DNA of 64,000 nt from Tubiluchus corallicola (Eukaryota; Animalia; Priapulida). The notes beneath the pieces were generated by a model. That model saw only the letters and a program-made list of their open reading frames with translations, did not search any database and was not told where the DNA came from. The DNA lies in contig JAQGDQ010000593.1 in NCBI GenBank assembly GCA_030141605.1, positions 62,001 through 126,000 of the forward strand, in the 5' to 3' direction. A program made the translations under genes and the position numbers. Of this stretch, positions 26,801-63,498 are shown in pieces. How positions within the stretch are numbered: position 1 is the first letter of the stretch; the number at the start of each line of letters is the position of its first letter.

Positions 26801-28777
26801 ACAGGCAATCTTGGAAAGTCAGGGAAAAGATAATTTGGTAAAAAGTCAGGAAAAATGATGAAAAATGGGATGGAAAATCAGGGAAATCGGAAAGGGTTGC
26901 AAAAATAATCACCGTGAACCGATATTTTTCCAAACATTTTTCAGTGATTCTTATTCAAATAAAATTTTACTATGACAGGCTCCCAGTTTCAATTTCTGTT
27001 CCAAAAATAATGATTGGGTTAAGAAAGTTTATTTAATGTGATTAGTGTAATTTTGTTAGCACTACTGCAACACATTATATATCAGTATATGTGTGAATGT
27101 TCATACACAAAAATGTTTGAATTTGTATACTGGTATTGCAATATCTGTTTACCTTGGTCATGGAAAATCAATATTTGGACAGGGAAAAATCAGGGAAATT
27201 TTAAATTTCTGTGAGAAGACCCATACAATTTCTTTTGCTTACATATTATAATAACTTTTCTGCTTCATAAGTGTGTTCATGTCTTATTTTCGAATGTAAT
27301 AATAATCATGTACTGAACTCTTTTCCAGGAATACAGGGGCGCTGTCTTCTAGTGAAGTTATTGAGTCTTTAAAAGCAAAGCTTCGCAATCATGAAGAGGA
27401 GTTAAAGCGAGGGGAGAAGTTTAAGTGTCTCATTTGTATGGTGAGCCAAAAGCTACTGTTGTCATTGTTTAGTTTATTTTAAGACCATTCCTCACCGTTC
27501 ATTACTCAATACAGAACGAGTTCAAGCTTTGCATGAACATTTGCATTAAACTTTATAACTTTTGTTCAGAAAACGTTCATTACACAATACAAAATGAATT
27601 CAAGCACGTTTATCTTTGCATGAACATTTGTATTGAACTTTATAACTTTTGTTCAGAAAGCGTTCATTACTCAATACAGAATGAGTTCAACTGCTGTATG
27701 AACATTTGCATTAAACTTTATAACTTTTGTTCAGAAAACGTTCATTACTCAATACAAAATGAATTCAAGCACGTTTATCTTTGAATGAACATTTGTATTG
27801 AACTTTATAACTTTTGTTCAGAAAACGTTCATTACTCAATACAAAATGAATTCAAGCTGCTGTATGAACATTTGTATTGAACTTTATAACTTTTGTTCAG
27901 AAAACGTTCATTACTCAATACAAAATGAATTCAAGCACGTTTATCTTTGCATGAACATTTGTATTGAACTTTATAACTTTTGTTCAGAAAGCATCACTTA
28001 AGTCTGCTGGGGGTTCTCACTGTAACACAGCATGCCGGTTTTTCCATTATTCATTTAATAATAGTCAGTATTTGGACATAACACCATAGAAACTCAACTT
28101 TCTATGTCTGCTGTTACTGACATTAACAAAAACATGAAGATTTACTTTACATACGATGTAAACTTGCTGCACAGTGAAGCATAACTATCTGTAGCTTACA
28201 TGAAACTATGAACTATTTGCATATTCTAAATATTGTATCTAAGAAACAATTTTTAACTATTCTAGGAGACTTACACGATTCCGGTTGCTTCCATCCAGTG
28301 CTGGCATGTACACTGTGAAGAGTGTTGGTTACGAACTCTGGTAAGGACTATTCACATCGTTTTGCTTGCAAAGTAACTCTATAAAGCGGTCTATTTCGTT
28401 CTCTTTGTCCATGTAATGTTTTAGCCAGTGCTGCCATTTACACTGTGAAGAGTGTTGGTTACGAACGCTGGTAAGGACTATTCACATCGTTTTGTTGATA
28501 TAGTTGCTTGTAAAGTAACTCTATAACGTGGTCTATTTCATCCTCATTGTCCATGTAATGTTTTTAGCCAGTGCTGTCATGTACATTGTGAATGTGGATT
28601 TGTGTCCCTTTGATCATAAGCTGACCATATTTAATTTACACAAAAAGGTAAATTTAATATCACTGATCACTTATTCTAGTTTTTAAATTGCCGCTTTTTT
28701 TTCAGGGTGCCAAGAAGCTCTGTCCTCAATGCAACCTCATTACTTCACCGCAGGACCTGAGACGAATTTATTTATAG
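17706..28777 (+). CDS. RNF220: E3 ubiquitin ligase RNF220, 3' portion (11 coding exons; N-terminal exons not seen in window)
   Basis: GT-AG exons with consistent phases: 17706-17832, 18401-18443, 20850-20982, 22030-22151, 23123-23243, 24489-24672, 24783-24838, 26114-26171, 27329-27440, 28266-28340, 28706-28777. The joined peptide has RNF220 hallmarks: RYENFLKIKANRQSRLN, FEEYEWAGQTRIRATSL, DVDGDD-like DLNVDGDD..FGKPQYTEADIIPC, and a C-terminal RING KCLICM..IQCWHVHCEECWLRTLGAKKLCPQCNLITSPQDLRRIYL*. Confidence 0.95.
18401..18443 (+). CDS. RNF220: RNF220 short exon (RGIKSRDCTPQGKK)
   Basis: ttttttccag acceptor, aag|gttagt donor; bridges phase 2 to phase 0. Confidence 0.8.
19080..19395. repeat. 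dispersed repeat (inverted copy at 47180-47530)
   Basis: Shared tattgcttacatcacaaactaaccacagttt..gcaatgg.aggcatct..ctgcagttcatgatcatgctt.tcacggta. Confidence 0.75.
19648..19878 (-). mobile_element. putative LTR with polypurine tract
   Basis: TGTAAG...CTAACA termini; minus-strand PPT AAAGGGGGGAT adjacent. Confidence 0.35.
20850..20982 (+). CDS. RNF220: RNF220 exon (..ETRYENFLKIKANRQSRLN)
   Basis: tttttttag acceptor, g|gtacgt donor; conserved RNF220 middle-domain motif. Confidence 0.92.
21230..21610 (-). mobile_element. 3' UTR fragment of the same LINE family
   Basis: Reverse complement of 51865-52220. Confidence 0.75.
22030..22151 (+). CDS. RNF220: RNF220 exon (CPICNGK..ELNDHVNRC, C2HC zinc finger)
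   Basis: actttcag acceptor, aag|gtgcgt donor; phases fit the neighbouring exons. Confidence 0.9.
22505..22902. repeat. degenerate telomere-like (CCCTAA)n tract
   Basis: ccctaa/cctaat/cttaat variants, intronic in RNF220. Confidence 0.8.
23123..23243 (+). CDS. RNF220: RNF220 exon (FEEYEWAGQTRIRATSL)
   Basis: tttttgcag acceptor, g|gtgagt donor; diagnostic motif. Confidence 0.95.
23480..24410. mobile_element. piggyBac-like family right-end copies with internal duplications
   Basis: Body blocks repeated at 23530-23770 and 23773-24130; the right end occurs twice (24130-24212, 24328-24410); terminal GAAGGAG-TTAA. Confidence 0.7.
24489..24672 (+). CDS. RNF220: RNF220 exon (FGKPQYTEADIIPC)
   Basis: tctttag acceptor, gg|gtaagt donor; diagnostic motif. 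Confidence 0.95.
24783..24838 (+). CDS. RNF220: RNF220 exon (EEASRSPSHPERNRWSSE)
   Basis: atttttcag acceptor, g|gtatag donor; phase-consistent. Confidence 0.85.
25210..25933. mobile_element. Tigger/pogo-like MITE
   Basis: TA TSD; 24-bp TIR CAGTCAACCTCGGATATCAGGGAC (2 mismatches); internal gtcccttata repeats. Confidence 0.85.
26114..26171 (+). CDS. RNF220: RNF220 exon (SSSLPSTSGAGSAETNKN)
   Basis: tttttttacag acceptor, ga|gttagt donor; PSTS motif as in vertebrate RNF220. Confidence 0.85.
27329..27440 (+). CDS. RNF220: RNF220 exon (coiled coil + RING start KCLICM)
   Basis: ttttccag acceptor, atg|gtgagc donor. Confidence 0.93.
27497..27991. repeat. tandem repeat with alternating ~87/~78-bp units, 6 monomers
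   Basis: ctttataacttttgttcagaaa recurs at alternating spacings. Confidence 0.88.
28266..28340 (+). CDS. RNF220: RNF220 RING exon (IQCWHVHCEECWLRTL)
   Basis: tattctag acceptor, ctg|gtaagg donor. Confidence 0.95.
28706..28777 (+). CDS. RNF220: RNF220 last coding exon (GAKKLCPQCNLITSPQDLRRIYL*)
   Basis: ttttttttcag acceptor, TAG stop at 28775-28777. Confidence 0.95.
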   Translation, partial: GAKKLCPQCNLITSPQDLRRIYL

Positions 28778-30186
28778 CTCTTAGCAGCATGTACATAATA
28801 CTAGCGCTGTACACTTACAAAGCCTCCAAACATTTCCCTCTTATTAGACTAGAATATGATATATTTACTTGGTACTGCTAAAACTGTTTGATAGCTAAAT
28901 TATTGATTTTTGTGATCGATGAAATTGATGATTTTGTAGAGGGTAAATTCTATATTGTTATTTTCAAACAGGTGGCACGTAGCGGGGAGCTTTTTTTTCT
29001 AGGAATAATTGTTTGTTTAGTTTTGGTTGCTATGGCAACTCATTTGCAAAAATTAAGAAGCTTTCACTCGTATACATATCAGAGAGGTGTGTGACTTGTA
29101 CGGTCCGGCTACAGTGTGGACTTCAACGAACTTATACAGTACATGCTGTTTATTAGGCTCACAGTTAATTAAGTGTTTTGCATGAATACAGGCAACAGAT
29201 TTTCAACATGTTTACCTTTATCAGAATTTCATAAACCAACTTCTTCATGAAGAAATGAATGAAGCGACTTTGCATGAATTTTTGTAATGTAAGTAAACAT
29301 ATTAGTGTGATTTTTCATTTTCTGTTTGTTTTATTAACTCGCATATAAATTAGTTCCCATATTCTTAAATAAAAACACACTGGAATTTTGGCATTAATTT
29401 GTTTCTAAAATATATTTTGAAGCTTTTGCTGTGCTTTCTAAACTGAGCAATGATTCATGGTTCTCTAGTAGTAATCCTGCACCTGTCTGCTAATTCATTC
29501 AGTTGTATAATTGGGTCAAAACATTTTTGCCTTAAAGTGAGTCTAGTGAATGGCACCTTCTGTATTGTAGTTCAACTACAAGAGTGTATTCTCTATTTAT
29601 AAATTTAGTACGCAGATTTCAATTGCTTGTTGGCTGTACAATATTAAATTTTTTCCGGTTTGCGTTACGATACAATCTCTTAGTACACCAGAATTCGTAT
29701 TTCCATTGTCCCATGTTTATGAGACAGTGGTTCTGTTTGTCGTTTACTGAACTACCCCGACTTTATTCTCGCATCATTTCAAACTTCTTAAAACTTGCAT
29801 TTCGTGGTTCTGCTTTTGCACGGACGAGCAATGGCTTCCTGCAATGAGAATTACTGTTCACACGAAATGTATTTCTTTAATGCAGAGGAGTCTTAAAACG
29901 CCACGGCTTGCGAATATTGTGACATAGTTTTTCTTTAACACGTTCAGGTGGCGACATCTGGGTAAGAAAACCCGAAGTTAAATAAAAGTTAAACGGATGA
30001 ATGATGTAATGACGATGTAAATAATCTTGATTTCCGGCACTAAGAATGCACAACAATTGCAATTCTACACGATTTGTTACGCAAACTTGGATGAAGTAGT
30101 AAATCTATGCATCTCTTCTGTACTTTTATTCACTGTGGTTTTCTTTTGCTTAGCTTGGCTAAGCTGTGTTCATCAATTATCTAACC

Positions 30187-30365
30187 TCTCTCTCCCCCTC
30201 CTTCCCTCTCTCTCCACTCTCCCTCCCTCTCTTTCTCTCTCCCTCCCCTCCCTCTCTGTCTCTCTCTCTCTCCCTCCCTCCCTCTCTCTCTCTGTCCCTC
30301 TCTCTCTCCCCCTCCCTTTCTCTCTCTCTCTCTCTCCATCCCTCTCTCTCTCCCCTCTCCCTCTG

Positions 30366-30409
<44 letters not shown>

Positions 30410-30476
30410 TTTCTCCCTCCCTCTCTCTCTCTCTCCACTCCCCCTCCCTCTCTCTCTCTCTCCCCTCTCTCTCTCA
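30187..30476. repeat. CT-rich pyrimidine tract
   Basis: Directly visible. Confidence 0.92.
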
Positions 30477-30637
30477 TCTAATTGTACTGACAATGATGAG
30501 TGATCAATTTGCTCCCCTTTGCATGCGCCTAATGAAAATGTAACATGGTTATTGTCAGCTGTACTGTAATTTAATCATTTTGTGTTGATTTATGTAAACA
30601 CTTATGAAAAATGACTATTTAAATAGTGTTGGATAAA

Positions 30638-30643
30638 AATAAA
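30638..30643 (+). terminator. candidate polyadenylation signal of RNF220 (AATAAA)
   Basis: AATAAA followed about 20 nt later by GT-rich gtctgtggtgtgt; an alternative AATAAA lies near 29368. Confidence 0.4.
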
Positions 30644-32935
30644 AACTGTATATAATTGATTTGACGTCTGTGGTGTGTATCATTCTTCTCCTGTGACATT
30701 CATACAGAAAACCACCCACGTGTGACCAGGACTGGACTACTCCATTCCCCAGTATAGGCTACAACTTAGGAACCCTCGGGCTGCCTATACTTTCCATTGT
30801 GAATAATTCGTTTAACTTCAAATAAAATTTCAGCTTTAAAAAGGGAAATCTGAAAATGCAATTTTAATGTGGCTCCTCATTTGAGATAAAGGAATACTGT
30901 TTGCGGTTGTTTTGAGACAAAGGGCCCTGGTTTGGTGCCCTTTAAGATAAGGGCCCTTCTTTGAAGCCCTTTATTTGAAATATGGGGCCCCCAGCTATGC
31001 AAATGTTGCTGAAATATATCACAAGTAGAAAATAATTGAAAAGAATGCAAGAATGGCTTCGTCTGAGGGGGTACCTCATAATTGTGTTTGCCTCGGGGGC
31101 CCCATAAGGTCATCTGGCATTATTAGCCCCAACTATTATGAATCTTAAACGTTCATTATGCAGACACTACAATATCTCTAACTAAAAACACATCAGCGCG
31201 TTCAAATACGAGATTCTATTTCCGAATATTCAATGTATCACAGGCCGCACATCTGCATCGCACAACGAACGCACATATAATCTAAAACAGTTACAGTTAC
31301 ACATGTGGACACAATTCAGTAAGCAAAACAACAATCAACTTATGCAATTCAGCATCCTTAAGTATAAAATCAAAAGACAGATTAACAACATTTAAAACAG
31401 AACTAAGAAAACAAACTGCTAACTCACAAAAGACTTTTATATAAAAACGATAAAGTAGAATTCACCAATAATTGGAGAATATTAAAAGGCATAACGCTTT
31501 AGACTCATAAACTCATCATAATATAAGCATCTATACTATAAAAATATACGACTCGTACGGAAACTTACATAGCAAAAAGTATCAAAAAATTCACAATATT
31601 TCATATAATTTGTCGCCGTCACGTTGACAAATTTGTAGATATGTAATATAGTATTTTCACATTTTTATTCTTATAATTTTTAACTTAGACTAAATGACAC
31701 AACTGCACACTTCAGTCTGTCACTGACTGGTTACACACTAATTTTACGTAATTTGTTTTACTCTGTACTAGTGTATAATTTCTGCAATAAAAACTTCTAT
31801 ATATATAATCTGTGTCTAGTATTTACACTGGAATGTTTGGCCTCGCATTTATCACAGCTCATTTTAGTGACGTCGCATGAATGATGGTGACAGTATTATA
31901 CGCATCGGTCTCTCACTTTCTGATTTGTTTTTGCGTACCGTTTTTCGTTGCCATAACAACCAATTCGGTGCACAATTTTCATATAAACTTTCATTCACTG
32001 TTTATACACAAAAACTAATTTTTATCACATTGTGAGTGGTGCACCGCCTGAGTCCTCTGGTGAGCATACCTGGCAACTTTTCTTTGCACGTTAATCCGTC
32101 ACAGCTACTGGAATGCAGTTCAGCATAAGTACAATATTGAGCTTAGCGTGAATGTTTGTATGTCAACCTCGGAACCGAAAGCTGACGCGGAGATGATGTA
32201 ACCTAGCAACCACTTAACAATACCTGCTGCTAATTTCATCTTTAAGTTTGTATACAATCACTTGTTAATGGTTTCTGTCTCTACGCTATGATACATCGCA
32301 CAAACCGCACATCATTGAAAAGACTAAAGGCACAAGGCAACAGCAACAAATATATTGCTCGGTTTTATATGCAAAATGTTGCACTGAGCTACATTTTCAA
32401 ACTGCTTAACATTATCGAGATTGCTAGTCTTGTAATTATTGTCTTAAATCTTAAGGAAGACACGATGATTTTTAATATCCTCTTTCCTATTTTGAAGTAC
32501 GGCAAAAGGTATACATTTTAGCAGCTGTAATAATTGCCAAAACCTTTCTGATAATTCAATAGTAGATAAAAAATTAATTAACGGCAGGCAAGTCCATGAC
32601 ATCACAAATGAACATAATAAGGCCTTTTCGCAGTTCCAGCAATTGATCATGCTCATTAAAAGGTCAAAGGTTAAGTGTACCAAACAGCACATTTGTGTAC
32701 ACTTGACAACGCCTCACAGCCCATCCTGTTGTAATAGTAACAGTTTTAACAGCTAGGTAGAACCTTACCTAGTTCATTTTTTTCTTGTTCCTAAGCAAGA
32801 TCCTGCTAGTAAATCACTCCACGCACAGACTAATGCATAATTAAGTAAAGTCCATAGTCCTCCAATGTAGTTAAGCATTACACAACTATAACCATTAGTA
32901 TCACACCAATAAATATCTACATTCGTTGCTCTTTG

Positions 32936-56705
<23,770 letters not shown>

Positions 56706-56952
56706 GTGCTCGGTCGCTTGCTGTCCAGTTGAGGAACTAACTGCTGAATGTAGGATACGCCGATCCCTGGAAAATAGTTACGTTCATACTGTTGAGCTTT
56801 CATATTTACATCAGGGATGTTACGGAAATGAAAATTCCTTTCGGTTTAATAATCGCAATAATTAACAAGACTAATTTACCTAAAACGAAAAACATCAAGT
56901 GGGAACTGTTAATTTAAGTGTGAAGCCCATATTCATTACCGAATGGCTGCTG

Positions 56953-57675
56953 ACTGGTAAAAAAGTCACAAAAAAGTCACAATTAATTTTAACTAAGGTT
57001 AGACTTAAGACTGAAGATATGTTATGGTTATTTCTCTTTTTCCTGTGTGCAATTTTCCTTGGCTTTTTTCCTGTGACTTTTTTCCTATGCCTTTTTCCTG
57101 TGCTTTTTTCCTGTACCTTTTTCCTGGCCTTTTTTCCTATGCCCTTTTCCTGTGCTTTTTTCCTATGCCTTTCTCCTGTGCCTTTTTCCGAGCCTTTTTT
57201 CCTGTGCTTTTTTCCTATGCCTTTTTCCTGTGAATTTTTCCTATGCGTTTTTCCTGGCCTTTTTTCCTGTGCAATTTTCCTGTGACCTGTTTACCTGTGA
57301 CGTTTTCCTGTGACTTTTTTTCCTGTGTCTTTTTTCCTACACCTTTTTTCCTGTGCCTTTTTCCTGTGCCTTTTTTCCTATGACTTTTTTCCTGTGCCTT
57401 TTTCCTGTGCCTTTTTTCCTGTGCCTTTTTTCCTGTGCCTTTTTTCCTGTGCCTTTTTTCCTGTGCCTTTTTTCCTGTGCCTTTTTTCCTATGACTTTTT
57501 TCCTATTCCTTTTTTCCTGTGCCTTTTTTCCTGTGCCTTTTTTCCTGTGCCTTTTTTCCTGTGCCTTTTTTCCTGTGTCTTTTTTTCCTGTGCCTTTTTT
57601 CCTGTGCCTTTTTTCCTGAACTTTTTCCTGTGCCATTTTTCCTGTGCCTTTTTTTACCTGTGACTTTTTTCTAGT
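56953..57675. mobile_element. inverted-repeat-bounded element with internal (TTTTTCCTGTGCC)n array
   Basis: actggtaaaaaagtcaca at the left, tgtgacttttttctagt at the right; 12-14-bp tandem units at 57036-57670. Confidence 0.5.
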
Positions 57676-58629
57676 GATTTAATTACCTGTATTCAACTGG
57701 TCGCATGTTGATTACAAATACGCAAGCAAAACTGTAGCATCTGGCATCATCTGCTCTCAAACAGGTACAAACACAGCAGGTAAATGTAGCTAAATTCGGT
57801 TTATAACTCACGTTGTGCTTACACAGCAATATGCAAATTCTTGAATGTTTACATCCTACAATCAGGCGCATGGCTTTGATTGCATGCAAAGGGTATACCT
57901 GGCATGCATCACTTCTACCTTTAATACCTTTGCAATCAGTGCTTAGTGTATTTATTTAGGTAAGGGGTCTCACGGTGAACAGAACAAGAAACAACTAGGA
58001 GGTCTGGGAGAGCATTTTAAGCTGCCCCAATGGGGTCAGGACCTTATTTTCCTTGATTTTAGGATTTTCAGACCTTGGTCGAAAAAAGGTCAGTTTAGTA
58101 AACAATTTTTCAACCATTTCCTGCCATTAAGGATACAAAATTTAGGTATTAATTCAAAAACAGCAATTGTTTTTAATCGGTTGAATTACGTAACTTTCTA
58201 CCACTAGCTTTTATACCTTACCCGGCATAATTGGCCTGGCCTATTCACAATGTTTAACAGCGAGGAATCACTGAGCAAACAAAATACTGCAAGGTGTGCT
58301 AGCTTCAATTTACATGTTGATTTATTTCAGCCAAAGACAATCACGCTGCTCACGTCAACTGATTACAGCTCAATTTTGTTGCATTCAACTTTTCAACTCC
58401 AAAGTAAAATAAGTTACTAGATGATAAAATGAGTTAATTCATTATTCCTGTGCACAACTTCTCAAGAGACATTCTTCTTTTTTCCCAAAACAGTTGATCA
58501 ACAATGAGGTACCAACTGTTATCATCCATAGTTCAATTTTGTTAATTCAAAGGCTACATTTGTCACAGATATGCTTAAAGATAATCAAATGGTGAGAAAA
58601 CTAAATATGCAAACCCGGCGAGACATTGT

Positions 58630-59065
58630 TTCTTTCTTTAGGTGCAGGATCTGTAACTTCAGGTTCCGGGTTTGCGAGCCTTTCTTTAGATGCAGGATCT
58701 GTAACTTCAGGTTCCGAGTTTGCGAGCCTTTCTTTAAATGCAGGATCTGTAACTTCAGGTTCCGAGTCTGCGAGCCTTTCTTTAAATGCAGGATCTGTAA
58801 CTTCGGGTTCCGGGTTTGCGAGCCTTTCTTTAGATGCAGGATCTGTAACTTCGGGTTCCGAGTTTACGAGCCTTTCTTTAAATGCAGGGTCTGTAACTTC
58901 GGGTTCTGGGTTTGTGAGCCTTTCTTTAAATGCAGGGTCTGTAACTTCAGGTTCCGGGTTTGTGAGCCTTTCTTTAAATGCAGGATCTGTAACTTCAGGT
59001 TCTGGGTTTGTGAGCCTTTCTTTAAATGCAGGGTCTGTAACTTCAGGTTCCGAGTTTACGAGCCC
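58630..59065. repeat. 48-bp minisatellite, about 9 copies
   Basis: Unit ctttctttaaatgcaggatctgtaacttcaggttccgggtttgcgagc. Confidence 0.93.
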
Positions 59066-59245
59066 GAAAGACAGGGCACACTTTAAGCACTGTTTGCAAC
59101 TACAGTGTAACTGGTCTTCATAATTTTTTGGTTTTTGTAAGCAAATTACATACCGCAAGCAATCAGTGGAAGTAACTAGTGAATTAGTTCAAAACCTGGA
59201 AAAATTCGTGCATTCTTGGGCAAAATGTAACACTGGCAATAACCG

Positions 59246-61773
59246 CTATGTCAATATACACACAGCTACAACTCACCGTAATGGGCCCATACTATGTCAA
59301 TATACACGCAGCTACAACTCACCGTAATGGGCCCATACTATGTCAATATACACGCAGCTACAACTCACCGTAATGGGCCCATACTATGTCAATATACACG
59401 CAGCTACAACTCACCGTAATGGGCCCATACTATGTCAATATACACGCAGCTACAACTCACCGTAATGGGCCCATACTATGTCAATATACACGCAGCCACA
59501 ACTCACCGTAATGGGCCCATACTATGTCAATATACACGCAGCTACAACTCACCGTAATGGGCCCATACTATGTCAATATACACGCAGCCACAACTCACCG
59601 TAATGGGCCCATACTATGTCAATATACACGCAGCCACAACTCACCGTAATGGGCCCATACTATGTCAATATACACGCAGCCACAACTCACCGTAATGGGC
59701 CCATACTATGTCAATATACACGCAGCTACAACTCACCGTAATGGGCCCATACTATGTCAATATACACGCAGCTACAACTCACCGTAATGGGCCCATACTA
59801 TGTCAATATACACGCAGCTACAACTCACCGTAATGGGCCCATACTATGTCAATATACACGCAGCCACAACTCACCGTAATGGGCCCATACTATGTCAATA
59901 TACACGCAGCCACAACTCACCGTAATGGGCCCATACTATGTCAATATACACGCAGCTACAACTCACCGTAATGGGCCCATACTATGTCAATATACACGCA
60001 GCCACAACTCACCGTAATGGGCCCATACTATGTCAATATACACGCAGCCACAACTCACCGTAATGGGCCCATACTATGTCAATATACACGCAGCTACAAC
60101 TCACCGTAATGGACCCATACTATGTCAATATACACGCAGCTACAACTCACCGTAATGGGCCCATACTATGTCAATATACACGCAGCCACAACTCACCATA
60201 ATGGGCCCATACTATGTCAATATACACGCAGCCACAACTCACCGTAATGGGCCCATACTATGTCAATATACACGCAGCCACAACTCACCGTAATGGGCCC
60301 ATACTATGTCAATATACACGCAGCCACAACTCACCGTAATGGGCCCATACTATGTCAATATACACGCAGCTACAACTCACCGTAATGGGCCCATACTATG
60401 TCAATATACACGCAGCCACAACTCACCGTAATGGGCCCATACTATGTCAATATACACGCAGCCACAACTCACCGTAATGGGCCCATACTATGTCAATATA
60501 CACGCAGCTACAACTCACCGTAATGGGCCCATACTATGTCAATATACACGCAGCCACAACTCACCGTAATGGGCCCATACTATGTCAATATACACGCAGC
60601 TACAACTCACCGTAATGGGCCCATACTATGTCAATATACACGCAGCTACAACTCACCGTAATGGGCCCATACTATGTCAATATACACGCAGCTACAACTC
60701 ACCGTAATGGGCCCATACTATGTCAATATACACGCAGCCACAACTCACCGTAATGGGCCCATACTATGTCAATATACACGCAGCCAACTCACCGTAATGG
60801 GCCCATACTATGTCAATATACACGCAGCCACAACTCACCGTAATGGGCCCATACATGTCAATATACACGCAGCTACAACTCACCGTAATGGCCCATACTA
60901 TGTCAATATACACGCAGCCACAACTCACCGTAATGGGCCCATACTATGTCAATATACACGCAGCCACAACTCACCGTAATGGGCCCATACTATGTCAATA
61001 TACACGCAGCTACAACTCACCGTAATGGACCCATACTATGTCAATATACACGCAGCTACAACTCACCGTAATGGGCCCATACTATGTCAATATACACGCA
61101 GCCACAACTCACCGTAATGGGCCCATACTATGTCAATATACACGCAGCCACAACTCACCGTAATGGGCCCATACTATGTCAATATACACGCAGCCACAAC
61201 TCACCGTAATGGGCCCATACTATGTCAATATACACGCAGCTACAACTCACCGTAATGGGCCCATACTATGTCAATATACACGCAGCTACAACTCACCGTA
61301 ATGGGCCCATACTATGTCAATATACACGCAGCCACAACTCACCGTAATGGGCCCATACTATGTCAATATACACGCAGCTACAACTCACCGTAATGGGCCC
61401 ATACTATGTCAATATACACGCAGCCACAACTCACCGTAATGGGCCCATACTATGTCAATATACACGCAGCCACAACTCACCGTAATGGGCCCATACTATG
61501 TCAATATACACGCAGCCACAACTCACCGTAATGGGCCCATACTATGTCAATATACATGCAGCTACAACTCACCGTAATGGGCCCATACTATCTCAATATA
61601 CACGCAGCTACAACTCACCGTAATGGGCCCATACTATGTCAATATACACGCAGCTACAACTCACCGTAATGGGCCCATACTATGTCAATATACACGCAGC
61701 CACAACTCACCGTAATGGGCCCATACTATGTCAATATACACGCAGCCACAACTCACCGTAATGGGCCCATACT
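59246..61773. repeat. 46-bp satellite, about 55 near-identical copies
   Basis: Unit atgtcaatatacacgcagcyacaactcaccgtaatgggcccatact. Confidence 0.97.
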
Positions 61774-62033
61774 GTTATTATTCAAATTTATTCAAAAGTT
61801 ACTTTTAAATTTCTGAAAATGAAGCAGCTATCGAGCACTATAAGTTTAGACCGATCTAATACTCTATAATAAAGCTACGGGAGTACAAAGGCAATGCACG
61901 CCATTTGCACAAAACCAAAATTCTACTTTTATTATAAAAACAGAACAGAAACCTTTCAAATCAAAAATCTAACTCAACAATCTAACTCAACCCAATTTGT
62001 TTACTTGGGCACAATACAACACTCTCCCCCTTT
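61773..62033 (-). mobile_element. putative 3' LTR with polypurine tract
   Basis: TGTT...AACA termini (61773-62021); minus-strand PPT AAAGGGGGAGAG immediately before the LTR; minus-strand AATAAA near the LTR end. Confidence 0.55.
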
Positions 62034-63498
62034 GCGGAGAACTCGTCACACAAAGGGAATGCAAACAAACTGGTTTGAAGGAAACACGTCAACTGATTAA
62101 CTATGAAACAATATGTTAAGTGGGTCATTCTCTACAGAACGTACAAAACAGATGTGAAAAAATCTGCTAAATAACTGCAAAGATGTTTTTAAAATTACTC
62201 TGCCCTGTTATTAATAAGGTTCCCTTGTACACAGAAAGGATACTGACAGAGCTTAAAACACTTGTAAATATTTACTACGATCGTTTTAAAGTTATGTGAA
62301 TAATTACTTTTGTCATTACTGTTACAGACATGAGGTGTGCAATACAACCTATAAACATTAACCAGTGTCATAAACCAATGCTCTTCTAAAATATATTTTT
62401 GTCCCTTGCTATAAATATCTGGTCAAATTTTTAGACAAATGCAACATTTTTATACGTTGTACTGGTTTTCACGTTTGTTGCGCAGTGTTTGCATCTGACA
62501 TGCATCTTGAATGGACGTAGCTCATTTACGAGAAAGGATGAAAAAAATATCACATTGCACGAATGTAATAGTTATGAAAATGAATTAGATGTGACACTTC
62601 ATTGCTCAGAAGAAGTTTGTGTTTCAGAACTATAGAGAAATTTTGGGCAATAACAGCAATGACAAGGTAACAGCAATGACTAGTGAGGTAACAGTAAACA
62701 GTACAACAAGAATGACTCATATACACACTATATAAGCAACAACAAATGTTTTATAAAATCTTCCTAACTGTTTGACAAGAACATATACAGCTTTTTTAAG
62801 TTTTTTTTAGAAAAAGAACAATATCCATTTCATAAAAAACAAACTATATAATAAATTTCAATTGGAAAATCCATCGTTTCTGCTGCGCTCTACCAGTCTT
62901 TGGAAAAAAACAGAAAATGTAATCTATCAGTAATAATTGATTTAAAGAAGCGATATATATACATACATATATACATTTTGCTGTTTATATATATATATAA
63001 TGTAAATACGTATATCAGGGGAAAAAAGGCAATGTTAAACTATGCCCCTAAAAACTGTCCGTGCAAATCTATATTACTTAGCATTTCGCTTACCTACTGG
63101 AAACACTTATGTAACTAGACTAAACATTTAAAATGTTTGTGCCAGTTGGTCAAATGTCGCTGACTCACCCTCCAGGGTGCGCCACTCACTAACCAAACAC
63201 ATATTCTTAATCTTTTTGACAAGATACAGTAATTTAAAATTTACTTCATTAGCACCATGTGTGCTACGAATGCTCTGATTTTTTCAAACTTTATTCAGTG
63301 CTATCTAAATTTGTTCCAAATGACCTTCCATCAAAATGGCTGCGCCTAACGGCCATCGCGGGAGTTTAAATTTACACGTTTTATACAACGTTATGGCCGA
63401 TGCACGCCATGCATGCATACGAAAATGCAGTATGTAAGTAGTATAAAATTTCGAGACGAATTTTTTAAGCTTTATGTAAGTGGAGGGTTTTCTTGTGC

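Noticed and set aside
31150-31430. Degenerate LINE RT C-terminal fragment
   Set aside because: Only a weak resemblance (..LTTFKTELRK); too decayed to call.
59246-61773. CRISPR-like array
   Set aside because: Contiguous tandem units with no unique spacers, no cas genes, eukaryotic context. The same applies to the 32-, 34-, 43- and 58-bp arrays.
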